From contig JAVZJR010000001.1 in NCBI GenBank assembly GCA_038870635.1, positions 90,133-154,132 on the forward strand: a DNA stretch of 64,000 bases. The letters are read 5' to 3'. The notes under the pieces were generated by a model, which saw only the letters and a list, made by a program, of their open reading frames with translations, was not told where the DNA came from and searched no databases. Of the stretch, positions 1 through 9,241 are shown in pieces. Source of the stretch: Candidatus Bilamarchaeaceae archaeon (GTDB lineage Archaea > Micrarchaeota > Micrarchaeia > Anstonellales > Bilamarchaeaceae). How positions within the stretch are numbered: the first letter of the stretch is position 1; each line of letters begins with the position of its first letter. A program made the position numbers and the translations under genes.

Positions 1-136
1 CGGAAATTTTAAAAATATTGCTCTAATATTTGCTTTAGATAAATTTATAAATGTTTCTTTAAACCGTAATTTTTTTATATCCGCTTTTGCGTGAAGATAA
101 TATTATAAATTATATCGTCGATATATCGGCGTCGCG

Positions 137-379
137 TTGCGACTTGAAGGTGGAAATATGGCAAAAAGAGAAAAAGTAACAAATGAAAAAATTGAAAGAG
201 AGGAGGGGTACCTTTATTATATAGGAAAAGATGGCTATGTTTGGGCTGCACCAATGAAGCACAATAAAGGTGGAAGAAAGAAAAAAGTAGGAAATGAAAA
301 GATAACAAAAGAAGCAGGTTATATGTACTTCGTTGGTACAGACGGATATGTTTATAAGGTAAAGATGAAGAATGCGTAA
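137..379 (+). CDS. Small hypothetical protein (80 aa) built of two ~33-aa tandem repeats (…EKxTxEAGYxYxxGxDGYVxxxxMK…)
   Basis: ORF carries an internal duplication visible in the translation; oligo-T run follows the stop; no family recognised. Confidence 0.35.
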   Translation: MRLEGGNMAKREKVTNEKIEREEGYLYYIGKDGYVWAAPMKHNKGGRKKKVGNEKITKEAGYMYFVGTDGYVYKVKMKNA

Positions 380-479
380 CTCCTCTCTTTTTTTCTTTTT
401 TTATTTTTTGTTTAAAATTTTAGATTGAATTCCCTTTTTTAATATTTCTAATATATAATAAACAAAACTAGGTGGTTTA

Positions 480-875
480 ATGCAATTGATAATCTCGGAC
501 CCAAAAACAGGTAAAAGCTATAAAGTAGATATCCCAAAGGATAAAGAAATAGAAATTATAGGAAAAAAGATAGGTGATGAAGTAGAATTAGGATTTTTAG
601 GTGCGCCAGGTTACAAAATAGAGCTTACGGGCGGAAGCGATGGAAGCGGCTTTCCAATGAGAAAGGACATACGAGGAACAGGAAGAAAAAGTACTCTTCT
701 TACAAAAGGTGTTGGTTTCCGAGCAAAAGAGAAGGGGAAAAGAGTAAGAAAAACAGTAAGAGGGAACACTTTCTCTTCCGAGATTGTGCAAGTTAATAGT
801 AAAGTAAAAGAATATGGCGCCACGCCGCTTGAAGAAATATTTAAGATGCCTGAAAAGAAAGAAGAGAAAAAGTAG
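480..875 (+). CDS. rps6e: 30S ribosomal protein S6e
   Basis: Translation (KSYKVDIP…GGSDGSGFPMRKD…GRKSTLLTKGVGFR) matches archaeal S6e; TATA-like tatataat and AGGTGG SD lie upstream of the ATG. Confidence 0.85.
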   Translation: MQLIISDPKTGKSYKVDIPKDKEIEIIGKKIGDEVELGFLGAPGYKIELTGGSDGSGFPMRKDIRGTGRKSTLLTKGVGFRAKEKGKRVRKTVRGNTFSSEIVQVNSKVKEYGATPLEEIFKMPEKKEEKK

Positions 876-884
876 GTGAATTAA

Positions 885-2075
885 TTGCAGGCGGAAGTTA
901 ACATCGGTCTTTTAGGTCATGTCGATCATGGAAAAACAACACTTACAAAAGCATTAACTGGTAAATGGACAGATACACACAGTGAAGAGATAAAACGGGG
1001 GATATCGATACGACTTGGCTATGCCGATGCAGTAGTCCGCCACTGTAAAAAATGTAATAGAATAACACTAAAAGAAGAATGCCCAGTATGTAAAGAAAAG
1101 ACCGATATTAAAAGAAAGATATCATTTGTTGATGCGCCCGGGCACGAAACATTGATGGCCACTGTTATTGCCGCTGCTAGCATCTTAGATGGAGCGTTAT
1201 TCTTAATCGCAGCAAATGAACCTTGTCCACAACCGCAAACAGTTGAACATATGATAGTGCTCAACGCTCTTGGGATAAAAAATATAATAATAGTACAAAC
1301 AAAAATAGATTTAGTAAGCAAAGAAAAAGCCTTAGAGAATTATAGACAGATAAAAGAATTTCTTAAAGGAACGATAGCAGAGAACGCACCTGTAATACCA
1401 GTGGCTGCTAATGTCGGCTTAAACATAGATGAATTAGTAGCTGAAATAGAAAAAAATATACCTACACCAAAAAGAGATGAAAACGCACCACTACGTGCTT
1501 ACATCTCGCGTTCATTTGATGTAAATCTACCAGGCACAGAGATAACAAAATTAAAAGGAGGAGTAGTCGGTGGGTCAATAGTAAGCGGTGTTCTTAAGGA
1601 AGGAGAAAAAATAGACATAAGCCCAGGCATTCAAAGAAAAGAGAATTTGCCATTTGAAAAGATAACTACCACTGCGAGAAGTATAAGAGAAGAAAATGAA
1701 AAGTTAGAGATTGCAAAACCAGGAGGATTGATAGCAGTAGCAACAGATATCGATCCCGCGTTTACTAAATCTGACGGGCTAGTTGGCAATATAATAACCA
1801 AAGCAGGCGAGGCAATTCCTGCGAAAAACGAGATTGAGGTAAGCTATACCTTACTCAATAGACCAGATATGGAGGTACAACCGCTCAAAGAAAACGAACC
1901 TGTTGTTGTTAACGTACATACATATACAGGTATAGGAATAATAAAAAACTTAAAAAAAGGAATAGCGCTTATTCAATTAAAAAGACCTGTTGTGATATAC
2001 CCTGATATGTATATCGCATTGAGTAGGAAAGTTGGCCAAAGATGGCGTCTTTGCGCTCTTGGAAAAATGAAATGA
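885..2075 (+). CDS. eif2g: Translation initiation factor aIF-2 gamma subunit
   Basis: GHVDHGKT G1 motif, zinc-ribbon insert (CKKC…CPVC), EF-Tu-like domains II/III; TTG start preceded by TAGGTGA SD. Confidence 0.9.
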   Translation: MQAEVNIGLLGHVDHGKTTLTKALTGKWTDTHSEEIKRGISIRLGYADAVVRHCKKCNRITLKEECPVCKEKTDIKRKISFVDAPGHETLMATVIAAASILDGALFLIAANEPCPQPQTVEHMIVLNALGIKNIIIVQTKIDLVSKEKALENYRQIKEFLKGTIAENAPVIPVAANVGLNIDELVAEIEKNIPTPKRDENAPLRAYISRSFDVNLPGTEITKLKGGVVGGSIVSGVLKEGEKIDISPGIQRKENLPFEKITTTARSIREENEKLEIAKPGGLIAVATDIDPAFTKSDGLVGNIITKAGEAIPAKNEIEVSYTLLNRPDMEVQPLKENEPVVVNVHTYTGIGIIKNLKKGIALIQLKRPVVIYPDMYIALSRKVGQRWRLCALGKMK

Positions 2076-2083
2076 TATTAAGT

Positions 2084-2167
2084 GCTGGGGTCGCCTAGTC
2101 CGGTAGGGCGGCAGGTTGCTAACCTGTTGCGCGTAAGCGTTCGGGAGTTCAAATCTCCCCCCTAGCG
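2084..2167 (+). tRNA. tRNA-Ser (anticodon GCU), class II with long variable arm
   Basis: 7-bp acceptor stem GCTGGGG/CCCTAGC, anticodon stem-loop GCAGG-TTGCTAA-CCTGT, long variable arm, T-arm GGGAG-TTCAAAT-CTCCC, discriminator G; oligo-T follows. Confidence 0.8.
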
Positions 2168-2176
2168 CTTTTTTAA
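2168..2176 (+). terminator. Oligo-T run after tRNA-Ser (archaeal-style terminator)
   Basis: tttttt directly 3' of the tRNA. Confidence 0.4.
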
Positions 2177-2233
2177 CTTCTGCATCTAAACAACTTAAAA
2201 GCTTTATTGATTAGAGAATAAAAGGGGAATAAA

Positions 2234-2827
2234 ATGAAAAATAAAATAATTGGAATTCTGGTGATAATTGCAGGTTTGTTAAATGCAGCACTTGTCGTTT
2301 CAGGTGATGCAGGGATATCTTTTGCTAAAAACAAATCAACAGAGATGTGCAATGATCCGCGCGTGTCTGAAGTATTCATCTGCTCAGGCAATGTAGTAAA
2401 AGTCGTCTGGGCGGATATTGGAAAGGGCTCAACTTTCTTTGTGCCAGATGGCAGAGTAGTTGATTGTATCACGCTTGAACCAGGAAAAACTAGTGCTGCA
2501 TGTGTTCAATTCTCTATACCGAATTATTGTACGCAAAAAGTAGAATGCTCCAAGGAAGAGAAAAAGGCAACCGAAGAAAAGGAAAAGGTAACAATAATAG
2601 AAGAAACAAAAAATGAAAGTAAAAAAATAGAAGAAAGTATAGAAAATAAAACAACACCGCCAAAAAAAGAGAACCAAACCATAGTAATACCTTTTGATAG
2701 AACAGCTGAAAAAAATAAAGAAGAGAGTAGTAATTTCCTTACACCAATCACGATTGCAGTAGTAGCGATGATTGCGGTTCTTCTAGCGCTTTATTATATA
2801 TTCAAAAAAACAGTGATAAAAAATTAG
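2234..2827 (+). CDS. Secreted, membrane-anchored hypothetical protein (N-terminal signal peptide, Cys-rich domain, K/E-rich linker, C-terminal TM)
   Basis: Hydrophobic N- and C-termini and 8 Cys in the translation; no family recognised. Confidence 0.4.
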   Translation: MKNKIIGILVIIAGLLNAALVVSGDAGISFAKNKSTEMCNDPRVSEVFICSGNVVKVVWADIGKGSTFFVPDGRVVDCITLEPGKTSAACVQFSIPNYCTQKVECSKEEKKATEEKEKVTIIEETKNESKKIEESIENKTTPPKKENQTIVIPFDRTAEKNKEESSNFLTPITIAVVAMIAVLLALYYIFKKTVIKN

Positions 2828-3262
2828 TCACAATTTTCCAACTGCGTGACCACGTATTAAGAGATGTTTTATTTTTTCCTTCTCATCTTCATTTTTAATC
2901 ATCAAATCTATTTGTTTTAAACGATTAGCGTAATGATGGTATGCTTTAATAGCAGCAGCATAAGCATCCCTTACATGAGAGTCAGCGATACCCTTACTAA
3001 CTCTCTTTTTATCTTTAACTAAAAGAGATTTTTTTGGTTCAAAAAGAGGTGCTGCGAAACGAGCGGCTATTTTTTTAACAAAAAAAGGCGCGGGCGATAC
3101 ATCGGTAGCGATAACTGAAGGCGTCCCAAAAGACGATATTATACGCACAAGGTCGTCATAGCCCACTTCTTTGACAACACCAAAAGCAATTAGCTCTCCT
3201 CTTAAATTAAGTATTGCATAACCTGTTTTTATACCTGCATCAACTCCGACTATTAGGTACAA
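2828..3262 (-). CDS. RNase H-like fold protein (YqgF/RuvC-like putative nuclease)
   Basis: N-terminal MYLIVGVDAGIKTGYAIL resembles the hhGhDhGxKxhGhA motif of YqgF/RuvC-type resolvase folds. Confidence 0.4.
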   Translation of the reverse strand: MYLIVGVDAGIKTGYAILNLRGELIAFGVVKEVGYDDLVRIISSFGTPSVIATDVSPAPFFVKKIAARFAAPLFEPKKSLLVKDKKRVSKGIADSHVRDAYAAAIKAYHHYANRLKQIDLMIKNEDEKEKIKHLLIRGHAVGKL

Positions 3263-4525
3263 TTAATCACTTTGCTTTTTTCCTAATTCGCTTATCTTTC
3301 TAAAACCTAACTGCTGCTGCACAAAAACATATAATCCACTTGGCACATTTCTGTTGACGACAACACCAGAGTGTATCCAGCAATTAGGTCCGATAAGTTT
3401 TCCTGGCATAACAGAAGCTAACACGCCAAACTTAACATTATCGCCAACTATAGCACCGAGTTTTCTTCTGCCACTATTAACCCAACCACGCTCAGTGGAA
3501 ACATTGACATTTCCCTCATCAAAACGAAAATTGGCAAGTTGAGTTCCTGCTCCAAAATTAACATTTCTACCAATGACACTATCACCTATATATGCAAGAT
3601 GCTTCGCGTCTACTTCATCAAAAATAACACTTTCTTTTACTGTAACAGATTCACCAATGCAACAGTTATCCCCTATTGAAGTAGGGCCACGAATATATGC
3701 ATTTGGGCCTATAATGGTATTTTTTCCGATATAAACATCTCCCTCAACATAACTGTTTATTATTCTCGCACCTTCTTCCATAATTACTTTACCAATTATA
3801 GTAGAGTTTTGTATGTCGCCTGCTTTTGGTTCCAACCTGGCCAGCATCTCCTTGTTAGCCTCAAGAAGATCCCAAGGATAACCAACATCCCACCAATAAC
3901 CTTCAACTTCAATTGCTTTTGCACCTACAAGTATATCAGTAATTTCGTACTCACCTCGGGATGAGGGCTTGATATCATTTAACCTCTCAAAAACAGATGG
4001 CTCCATGCAATATATGGAAAGATTCGCAAGATTGCTTCGTGGATTTTTTGGTTTCTCTTCTATATAACTTATTCTTCCATCCACAACATCTACAATGCCA
4101 TATTTCTCAGGTTTATCTACTTTTTTTAGAGCCACTGTTATGTTGTTGCCCCCTGCCTTATGCGTTTCTAAAAGTTTTTTTATTATAGAGGAATCAAAAA
4201 GAAGATCGCCTGCGACAACTATAAAAGTATCATCTACTTTACCTTCGGCCGAAAGCAACGCTGCGGCAGTCCCATTTTCTTTTCCCTGTTCTACAACAAA
4301 CAAACGAAAACCAAACTGTTGCTGAAGAGAAGAAACATAAGCAATTATTTGTTCTTTTTTCTCGCGAACAACAAAAACAAATTCATTGACCCCTGCTGCC
4401 ATAAGCTCTTTTATCTGATGATAGGTTATTGGCTTTCCTGCTACTGGAAGTAAACATTTAGGGCGTGTTTCTGTAAGCGGCCACATTCTTACGCCATTAC
4501 CCGCCGCCATTATTATAGCTTTCAT
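3263..4525 (-). CDS. Bifunctional sugar-1-phosphate nucleotidyltransferase / acetyltransferase (GlmU/ST0452-like)
   Basis: N-terminal MKAIIMAAGNGVRMWPLT NTP-transferase G-loop, C-terminal left-handed beta-helix hexapeptide repeats; start moved to the internal ATG behind a GGTGGGAGA SD (track ORF extends to 4621). Confidence 0.7.
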   Translation of the reverse strand: MKAIIMAAGNGVRMWPLTETRPKCLLPVAGKPITYHQIKELMAAGVNEFVFVVREKKEQIIAYVSSLQQQFGFRLFVVEQGKENGTAAALLSAEGKVDDTFIVVAGDLLFDSSIIKKLLETHKAGGNNITVALKKVDKPEKYGIVDVVDGRISYIEEKPKNPRSNLANLSIYCMEPSVFERLNDIKPSSRGEYEITDILVGAKAIEVEGYWWDVGYPWDLLEANKEMLARLEPKAGDIQNSTIIGKVIMEEGARIINSYVEGDVYIGKNTIIGPNAYIRGPTSIGDNCCIGESVTVKESVIFDEVDAKHLAYIGDSVIGRNVNFGAGTQLANFRFDEGNVNVSTERGWVNSGRRKLGAIVGDNVKFGVLASVMPGKLIGPNCWIHSGVVVNRNVPSGLYVFVQQQLGFRKISELGKKQSD

Positions 4526-4577
4526 TCTCCCACCAAAAAAACTATTTGCAAGAAGTGATTTATAATAATTTGCAACA

Positions 4578-5663
4578 CTACCTGTTAAAATATATAAGCT
4601 CGTAAAGCTTTTCTCTATCAAGCTTATCTAAAAATTCTTTTTTTATTTTAATAAACGTTTCATTATCTAATGGTGTTTTTTCTTTTTTAGAATCTGCAGA
4701 TTGGCGAAGAGATTTTGCTCTTATTTGTATATTTTCCTTTGAGGCAGGAGGTTGTCCTGGTCCGCCCACGCAACCAAAAGGACACATCATAATTTCAACT
4801 AGATGGTAGGTTTGGCCAGCTTTAATTTCCTCGTATAGCTTTTCAAAATTAGGCAGACCGTGTACTATCGCTATATTTAGAATATGTTTTCCTATCTTCA
4901 CTGTTTTTTTTCTTATTTCACCATTATCCCTAAAATCAGTTATCTCGATTTTCTCCCCATACATTTGGGCGAGGGTAGTAATTATTGCTTCTGTAACGCC
5001 TCCGGTAGCTCCAAAAACCACTCCATCTTTTGAGCTATTCGGCATAAAAGAGGAAAATTTATCTTCTGGCAAGCTGTTAAAATCTATTCCTTTTTTCTTT
5101 GCCCATTGCGCAAGTTCTACAGTAGTAACAACATAATCAACATATCGATTACCATTCCTCATAACTTCTAGTGTTTCATATTTTTTAAGAGCACATGGCA
5201 TTACACCAACTATTATTATGTCTTCTGGTTTTCTATTCAATTTCTCCGCAAAATAATACTTTGCCACTGCCCCTATTGTCATTTGTGGTGATGCAACAAT
5301 AGTTATATTACCTAAAAGTTCTGGATGCATCTTTCCCGCATACATTCGCCAGCCGATGCAACAGGAATTAAAAATCGGAAATTTTCCTCCTCCATTGTCT
5401 AATCTTTCCTTTAAATCTTCGGCTTCATAATAAGTACTTATATCTGCACCAAGTGGGGTATCCACCACTTCTTGAAAACCGAGTTTTTTTAGCAGTGTTA
5501 TCGCCTTTCCTTCCACGTTTGTGCCCACTGGAAAGCCAAACAACTCCCCTAATGCAACTCTAACAGCAGGAGCAAGTTCTGCTATCACAATCTTTCCGCT
5601 CTTCATTTCATTTTCTATTTTTTCAAAAAGTGCATCACCATAAATAATTCTGTCATTGGCCAT
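4578..5663 (-). CDS. hydA: [FeFe]-hydrogenase catalytic H-domain protein, minimal form with no accessory FeS domains
   Basis: All three H-cluster signatures present: FNSCCIGW (L1, TSCCPxW-like), MPCALKKYE (L2, MPCxxKxxE), EIMMCPFGCVGGPGQP (L3, ExMACxxGCxxGGGQP); also APAVRVALGELFG and FGATGGVTEA, colinear with Clostridium CpI / Chlamydomonas HydA1 core. Confidence 0.75.
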   Translation of the reverse strand: MANDRIIYGDALFEKIENEMKSGKIVIAELAPAVRVALGELFGFPVGTNVEGKAITLLKKLGFQEVVDTPLGADISTYYEAEDLKERLDNGGGKFPIFNSCCIGWRMYAGKMHPELLGNITIVASPQMTIGAVAKYYFAEKLNRKPEDIIIVGVMPCALKKYETLEVMRNGNRYVDYVVTTVELAQWAKKKGIDFNSLPEDKFSSFMPNSSKDGVVFGATGGVTEAIITTLAQMYGEKIEITDFRDNGEIRKKTVKIGKHILNIAIVHGLPNFEKLYEEIKAGQTYHLVEIMMCPFGCVGGPGQPPASKENIQIRAKSLRQSADSKKEKTPLDNETFIKIKKEFLDKLDREKLYELIYFNR

Positions 5664-6541
5664 TACATCTTCCTCAATCTTGTGATTCTTTCATCTATTG
5701 GTGGGTGAGTAGAAAATAATCCCGCCGCTTTTTTGAATGGATCAGCGATAAAAAGAGACGCAGTAGTCTCGTTTGCAGCTTGCATTTTATATGGATAAGC
5801 TTTTATTTTTTCAAGTGCTCGCGCAAGCCCTTCTGGATAACGAGTAAGCTTTGCTGCATTTGCGTCTGCTAAGTACTCTCTTTCACGCGATATCGCCATC
5901 CTAATAAAAAAAGCAATGAGTGGCGCGATTATCATGAAAATAAGGCCCAAAATCAGTAGAAAACCGCTGCCTTTTTTATTATCTCTCCCCCTGCCCCAAA
6001 AGAAAGTTCTTAAGAAAATTTCAGAGATAAGACCGATTGCGCCAACAAGAGCAACTGTGAGCATCATAAAACGAATATCATAGTTTGCTATATGCGAGAT
6101 TTCATGCGCGAGGACACCTGCAAGTTCTTCTTTTTTCATGCTATCCAACAAACCAGTTGTTACTGCGATTGCAGAATGTTGCGGATCTCTTCCAGTTGCA
6201 AAAGCATTTGGAAAAGGGTCGTTTATTATATATATCTTTGGAGTCGGTATTCCTGCGGCCATTGCAAGACCTTCCACAACATTATAGATATATGGATTAT
6301 CTTGGTGTTTTAGCTCTTTAGCACCACTTAGTGCAAGAATAACTTTATCACCTGCGTAATATGCTCCAAGGATATAAATTATAAGAATTATAAAACCAAA
6401 AACATAACCACAAATCCCATAATCTAACACTTCGGATATTATATATATTAGGATTAAAAAAATAAGAACAACAGCAAAAATAAGAAGAAGGGAATTTCTT
6501 TTGTTTTGCTCGATTGCATCAAAAAAACTTACTTTTTCCAT
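5663..6541 (-). CDS. htpX: HtpX-like M48 zinc metalloprotease (membrane)
   Basis: HEISHI HExxH motif with four TM segments; GGTGA SD. Confidence 0.8.
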   Translation of the reverse strand: MEKVSFFDAIEQNKRNSLLLIFAVVLIFLILIYIISEVLDYGICGYVFGFIILIIYILGAYYAGDKVILALSGAKELKHQDNPYIYNVVEGLAMAAGIPTPKIYIINDPFPNAFATGRDPQHSAIAVTTGLLDSMKKEELAGVLAHEISHIANYDIRFMMLTVALVGAIGLISEIFLRTFFWGRGRDNKKGSGFLLILGLIFMIIAPLIAFFIRMAISREREYLADANAAKLTRYPEGLARALEKIKAYPYKMQAANETTASLFIADPFKKAAGLFSTHPPIDERITRLRKM

Positions 6542-6558
6542 TTTAGAAAATCACCGTT

Positions 6559-7158
6559 TTAATCAAATTTTACCTTTACTGCTTCTTTTTCTGTTGCAGC
6601 TGCTTCAAACAATGGTTCATGCTTAAAACCAAAGATACTAGCAATTATGTTGCTTGGGAAAACATCACATGCTGTATTAAATTCATATACTGCGTCATTG
6701 TACGCTGTCCTTATATAAGATATTTTATCTTCTGTACCTGTAATTTCATCTTGCAATTTTTGGAAATTTTCGCTTGCGCGAAGTTGGGGATAATTCTCTG
6801 CAACCGCAAAAATAGATTTTAATGTAGCAGAGAGTACATTGTTAGCCTTTGCTCTTTCTTCAACATTCCCACTTATGAGTTGTGCGCGTAATTTCGTGAT
6901 TTCCGTTAGAGTTGCTCTTTCGTGTTTCATATAACCCTTTACGGTTTCTACAAGATTCGGTATGAGGTCGTATCTTCTTTTAAGTTGGACGTCAATTTGC
7001 GCCCAAGCGTTTTTTACTCTATTTCTTAGGGTTATCAAACGATTATAAACCATTACAACATATGCAAGAATTACAACTAACAAAGCACCAATACATAAAA
7101 CAGCTGTACTAGCCAGACCCAATCCAAATAATTCAAAAGCCATATCCACCACCAGCAA
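6559..7158 (-). CDS. lemA: LemA family membrane protein
   Basis: N-terminal TM followed by conserved LemA core (YNRLITLRNRVKNAWAQIDVQLKRRYDLIPNLVETVKGY). Confidence 0.75.
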   Translation of the reverse strand: MLVVDMAFELFGLGLASTAVLCIGALLVVILAYVVMVYNRLITLRNRVKNAWAQIDVQLKRRYDLIPNLVETVKGYMKHERATLTEITKLRAQLISGNVEERAKANNVLSATLKSIFAVAENYPQLRASENFQKLQDEITGTEDKISYIRTAYNDAVYEFNTACDVFPSNIIASIFGFKHEPLFEAAATEKEAVKVKFD

Positions 7159-7194
7159 TATAATAACAAATAGTTTAATTAATACATAATATAA

Positions 7195-7515
7195 TTATTC
7201 TATTGAAGAACTACAAAATTTGCAGATTGATACGTATTTTTCGTATTCATTAGCGCACACAGGGCAAACATAAATAAAGCGTACAGATTTTTCAGAAGCA
7301 AGATTGTAACCGCACTTTGTGCATCTCCCATTATCAAGTTCGTTTAAAGAACCACATTTAGGGCATTTTCGTGCTATGATGTTATGTAGATTAAACCCAC
7401 ATTTAGCGCACCTTTCTGATGAGCTTTCACATTCCGCTCCGCACTTGGGACAGGAAAAGTAATATATCGCTTTCTTTGGACCAAAGATACTACTCAAAAA
7501 ATCAAAAAAACCCAT
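7195..7515 (-). CDS. Small protein with three double-zinc-ribbon modules
   Basis: Three repeats of CPxCG…CxKCG spacing in 106 aa. Confidence 0.4.
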   Translation of the reverse strand: MGFFDFLSSIFGPKKAIYYFSCPKCGAECESSSERCAKCGFNLHNIIARKCPKCGSLNELDNGRCTKCGYNLASEKSVRFIYVCPVCANEYEKYVSICKFCSSSIE

Positions 7516-7582
7516 AAAGACATTTTGTACTTAAAATTTAAATTCTTTCCTATGATAATGTTAGCAAAAAAAGGTGCTAATT

Positions 7583-8557
7583 ATGGCTGATGACAAAGAA
7601 GAGGATTATTTGCCTTGGACAGAAAAATACAGACCAAAAAAACTTTCAGAAGTTGTTGGTCAGAAAGAAACTGTAGAAACATTAAAGGCTTATGTAAAAG
7701 CAGGAAATATGCCTAACATGCTTTTTTCAGGACCGCCAGGTGTTGGCAAAACAACATGTGCACTTGCGTTGGCGCATGAGATATATGGAAAAGACATAAG
7801 CGGGAATTTTTTAGAGCTCAACGCAAGCGATGAGAGGGGGATAGATGTTGTACGTGGTAGAATAAAAGATTTTGCACGCAGCGTTTCACTCGGTGGCGTG
7901 CCATTTAAGATAATATTTTTAGATGAAGGTGATGCGCTTACCGCTGATGCGCAACAAGCACTCAGAAGAACAATGGAAAGCTATTCAAAAGTAACTCGTT
8001 TCATCATATCTGCTAATTATTCATCAAAGATAATTGAGCCCTTGCAAAGCCGTTGTGCGATATTTAGATTTTTGCCTATTGAGGAAAAAGATGTTAAAAA
8101 AGCACTTGAGCATATCGCAAAAGAAGAAAAACTTAAAGTGGATGAAGAAGCGCTTTCAGCTATATATTATGTTTCAGAAGGAGATATGAGAAAAGCAATA
8201 AACATATTGCAAGGCGCAGCGATGCATTCCAACCATATAACAGCAGAACTTGTCCATAAGATAAGCAGCAGGGCAAAACCAAAAGAGATAAGGGAAATGG
8301 TAGACCTTGCGCTTAAGGGAGACTTTAAAGGAGCGCGGGAAAGATTAGATAAACTTATAATAGAATACGGTTTAAGTGGAGAAGACGTGATATTCCAAAT
8401 ATACAGAGAAATACCATCACTTGAAGTATCAGAAGAGAAAAAAGTGCTTCTCATTGACAGAATTGGAGAATACAATTTCAGGTTGGTGCAAGGCGCAAAC
8501 GAAAGAATACAAATAGAAGCTTTGTTAGCGCACTTTACTGCTATAGGTAAAAGGTAA
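7583..8557 (+). CDS. rfcS: Replication factor C small subunit
   Basis: GPPGVGKTT Walker A, DEAD-like FLDEGD, SRC motif; start set at ATG after AAGGTG SD (track ORF begins at a GTG 9 nt upstream). Confidence 0.9.
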   Translation: MADDKEEDYLPWTEKYRPKKLSEVVGQKETVETLKAYVKAGNMPNMLFSGPPGVGKTTCALALAHEIYGKDISGNFLELNASDERGIDVVRGRIKDFARSVSLGGVPFKIIFLDEGDALTADAQQALRRTMESYSKVTRFIISANYSSKIIEPLQSRCAIFRFLPIEEKDVKKALEHIAKEEKLKVDEEALSAIYYVSEGDMRKAINILQGAAMHSNHITAELVHKISSRAKPKEIREMVDLALKGDFKGARERLDKLIIEYGLSGEDVIFQIYREIPSLEVSEEKKVLLIDRIGEYNFRLVQGANERIQIEALLAHFTAIGKR

Positions 8558-8563
8558 TATAAA

Positions 8564-9241
8564 ATGAGTAGAATAATTTTATTTTTGATTATTTTTTTAG
8601 GTATTTTAAATGCTATTCAAATACCAATATACGAAGAAAAAGAAACCGGTGCGACAGGTACGGCGCACTTTAGTATTAAAGTATATTATGATTGCGAAAA
8701 AATGATAACAATTGAGGTAGCCGACGAAGCAACAAACCAGCCAATACAAAATGCTCAAATTTTTGTTTTTTATGAAGAAAGATATACGTCTTTGCTTGGA
8801 AGTGGAAAAACAAACAACGAAGGGATATATAACTACTCTCTTATAGGAAACCCGCAAAACATGAAAAATTTATTCCTCATAACTTTTGAAAAAAGTGGCT
8901 ATAGAACAAAAGAAGTGCACTTTTTCATTCCTCAATACTGCGTGGAAATAAAGAAAGAAGAAAATGGCGCCAACGATTCGGTAACAAATAAAAAGAACGA
9001 TACAATAGATGACAAAACTACGCCTTCTGTCAATGAGCAAAAAAGTAAAAACGAGGAGAACGCTTCGATAAGAAATAACAATCAGACAAGCCAAAACATT
9101 GAAGAAACGAAAAAAGAAAAAAATGATGAAAACCAAATTGAAGAAAGTAAAAAACAATTTTGTTGTATAAGCGGGATAGTGTCGCTACTGACTTTTGCTT
9201 TTTTGCTCATCCAAAATCGCAAGCGCTCCAACCACATTTAG
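8564..9241 (+). CDS. Secreted hypothetical protein with N/K/E-rich linker and C-terminal hydrophobic anchor
   Basis: Signal-peptide-like N-terminus and low-complexity linker; C-terminal tail overlaps the small zinc-ribbon ORF on the opposite strand. Confidence 0.35.
   Translation: MSRIILFLIIFLGILNAIQIPIYEEKETGATGTAHFSIKVYYDCEKMITIEVADEATNQPIQNAQIFVFYEERYTSLLGSGKTNNEGIYNYSLIGNPQNMKNLFLITFEKSGYRTKEVHFFIPQYCVEIKKEENGANDSVTNKKNDTIDDKTTPSVNEQKSKNEENASIRNNNQTSQNIEETKKEKNDENQIEESKKQFCCISGIVSLLTFAFLLIQNRKRSNHI

Noticed and set aside
75-308. Minus-strand 77-aa ORF overlapping the first gene
   Set aside because: Antisense to a repeat-containing ORF that has a terminator and sits in the operon context of rps6e; F/L-rich shadow frame.
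2560-2700. Repetitive A/G-rich stretches (also 8950-9150, 57200-57350) that could look like short repeats or CRISPR-like periodicity
   Set aside because: They are K/E/N-rich low-complexity coding linkers with no regular repeat-spacer structure; no CRISPR array is present in the window.
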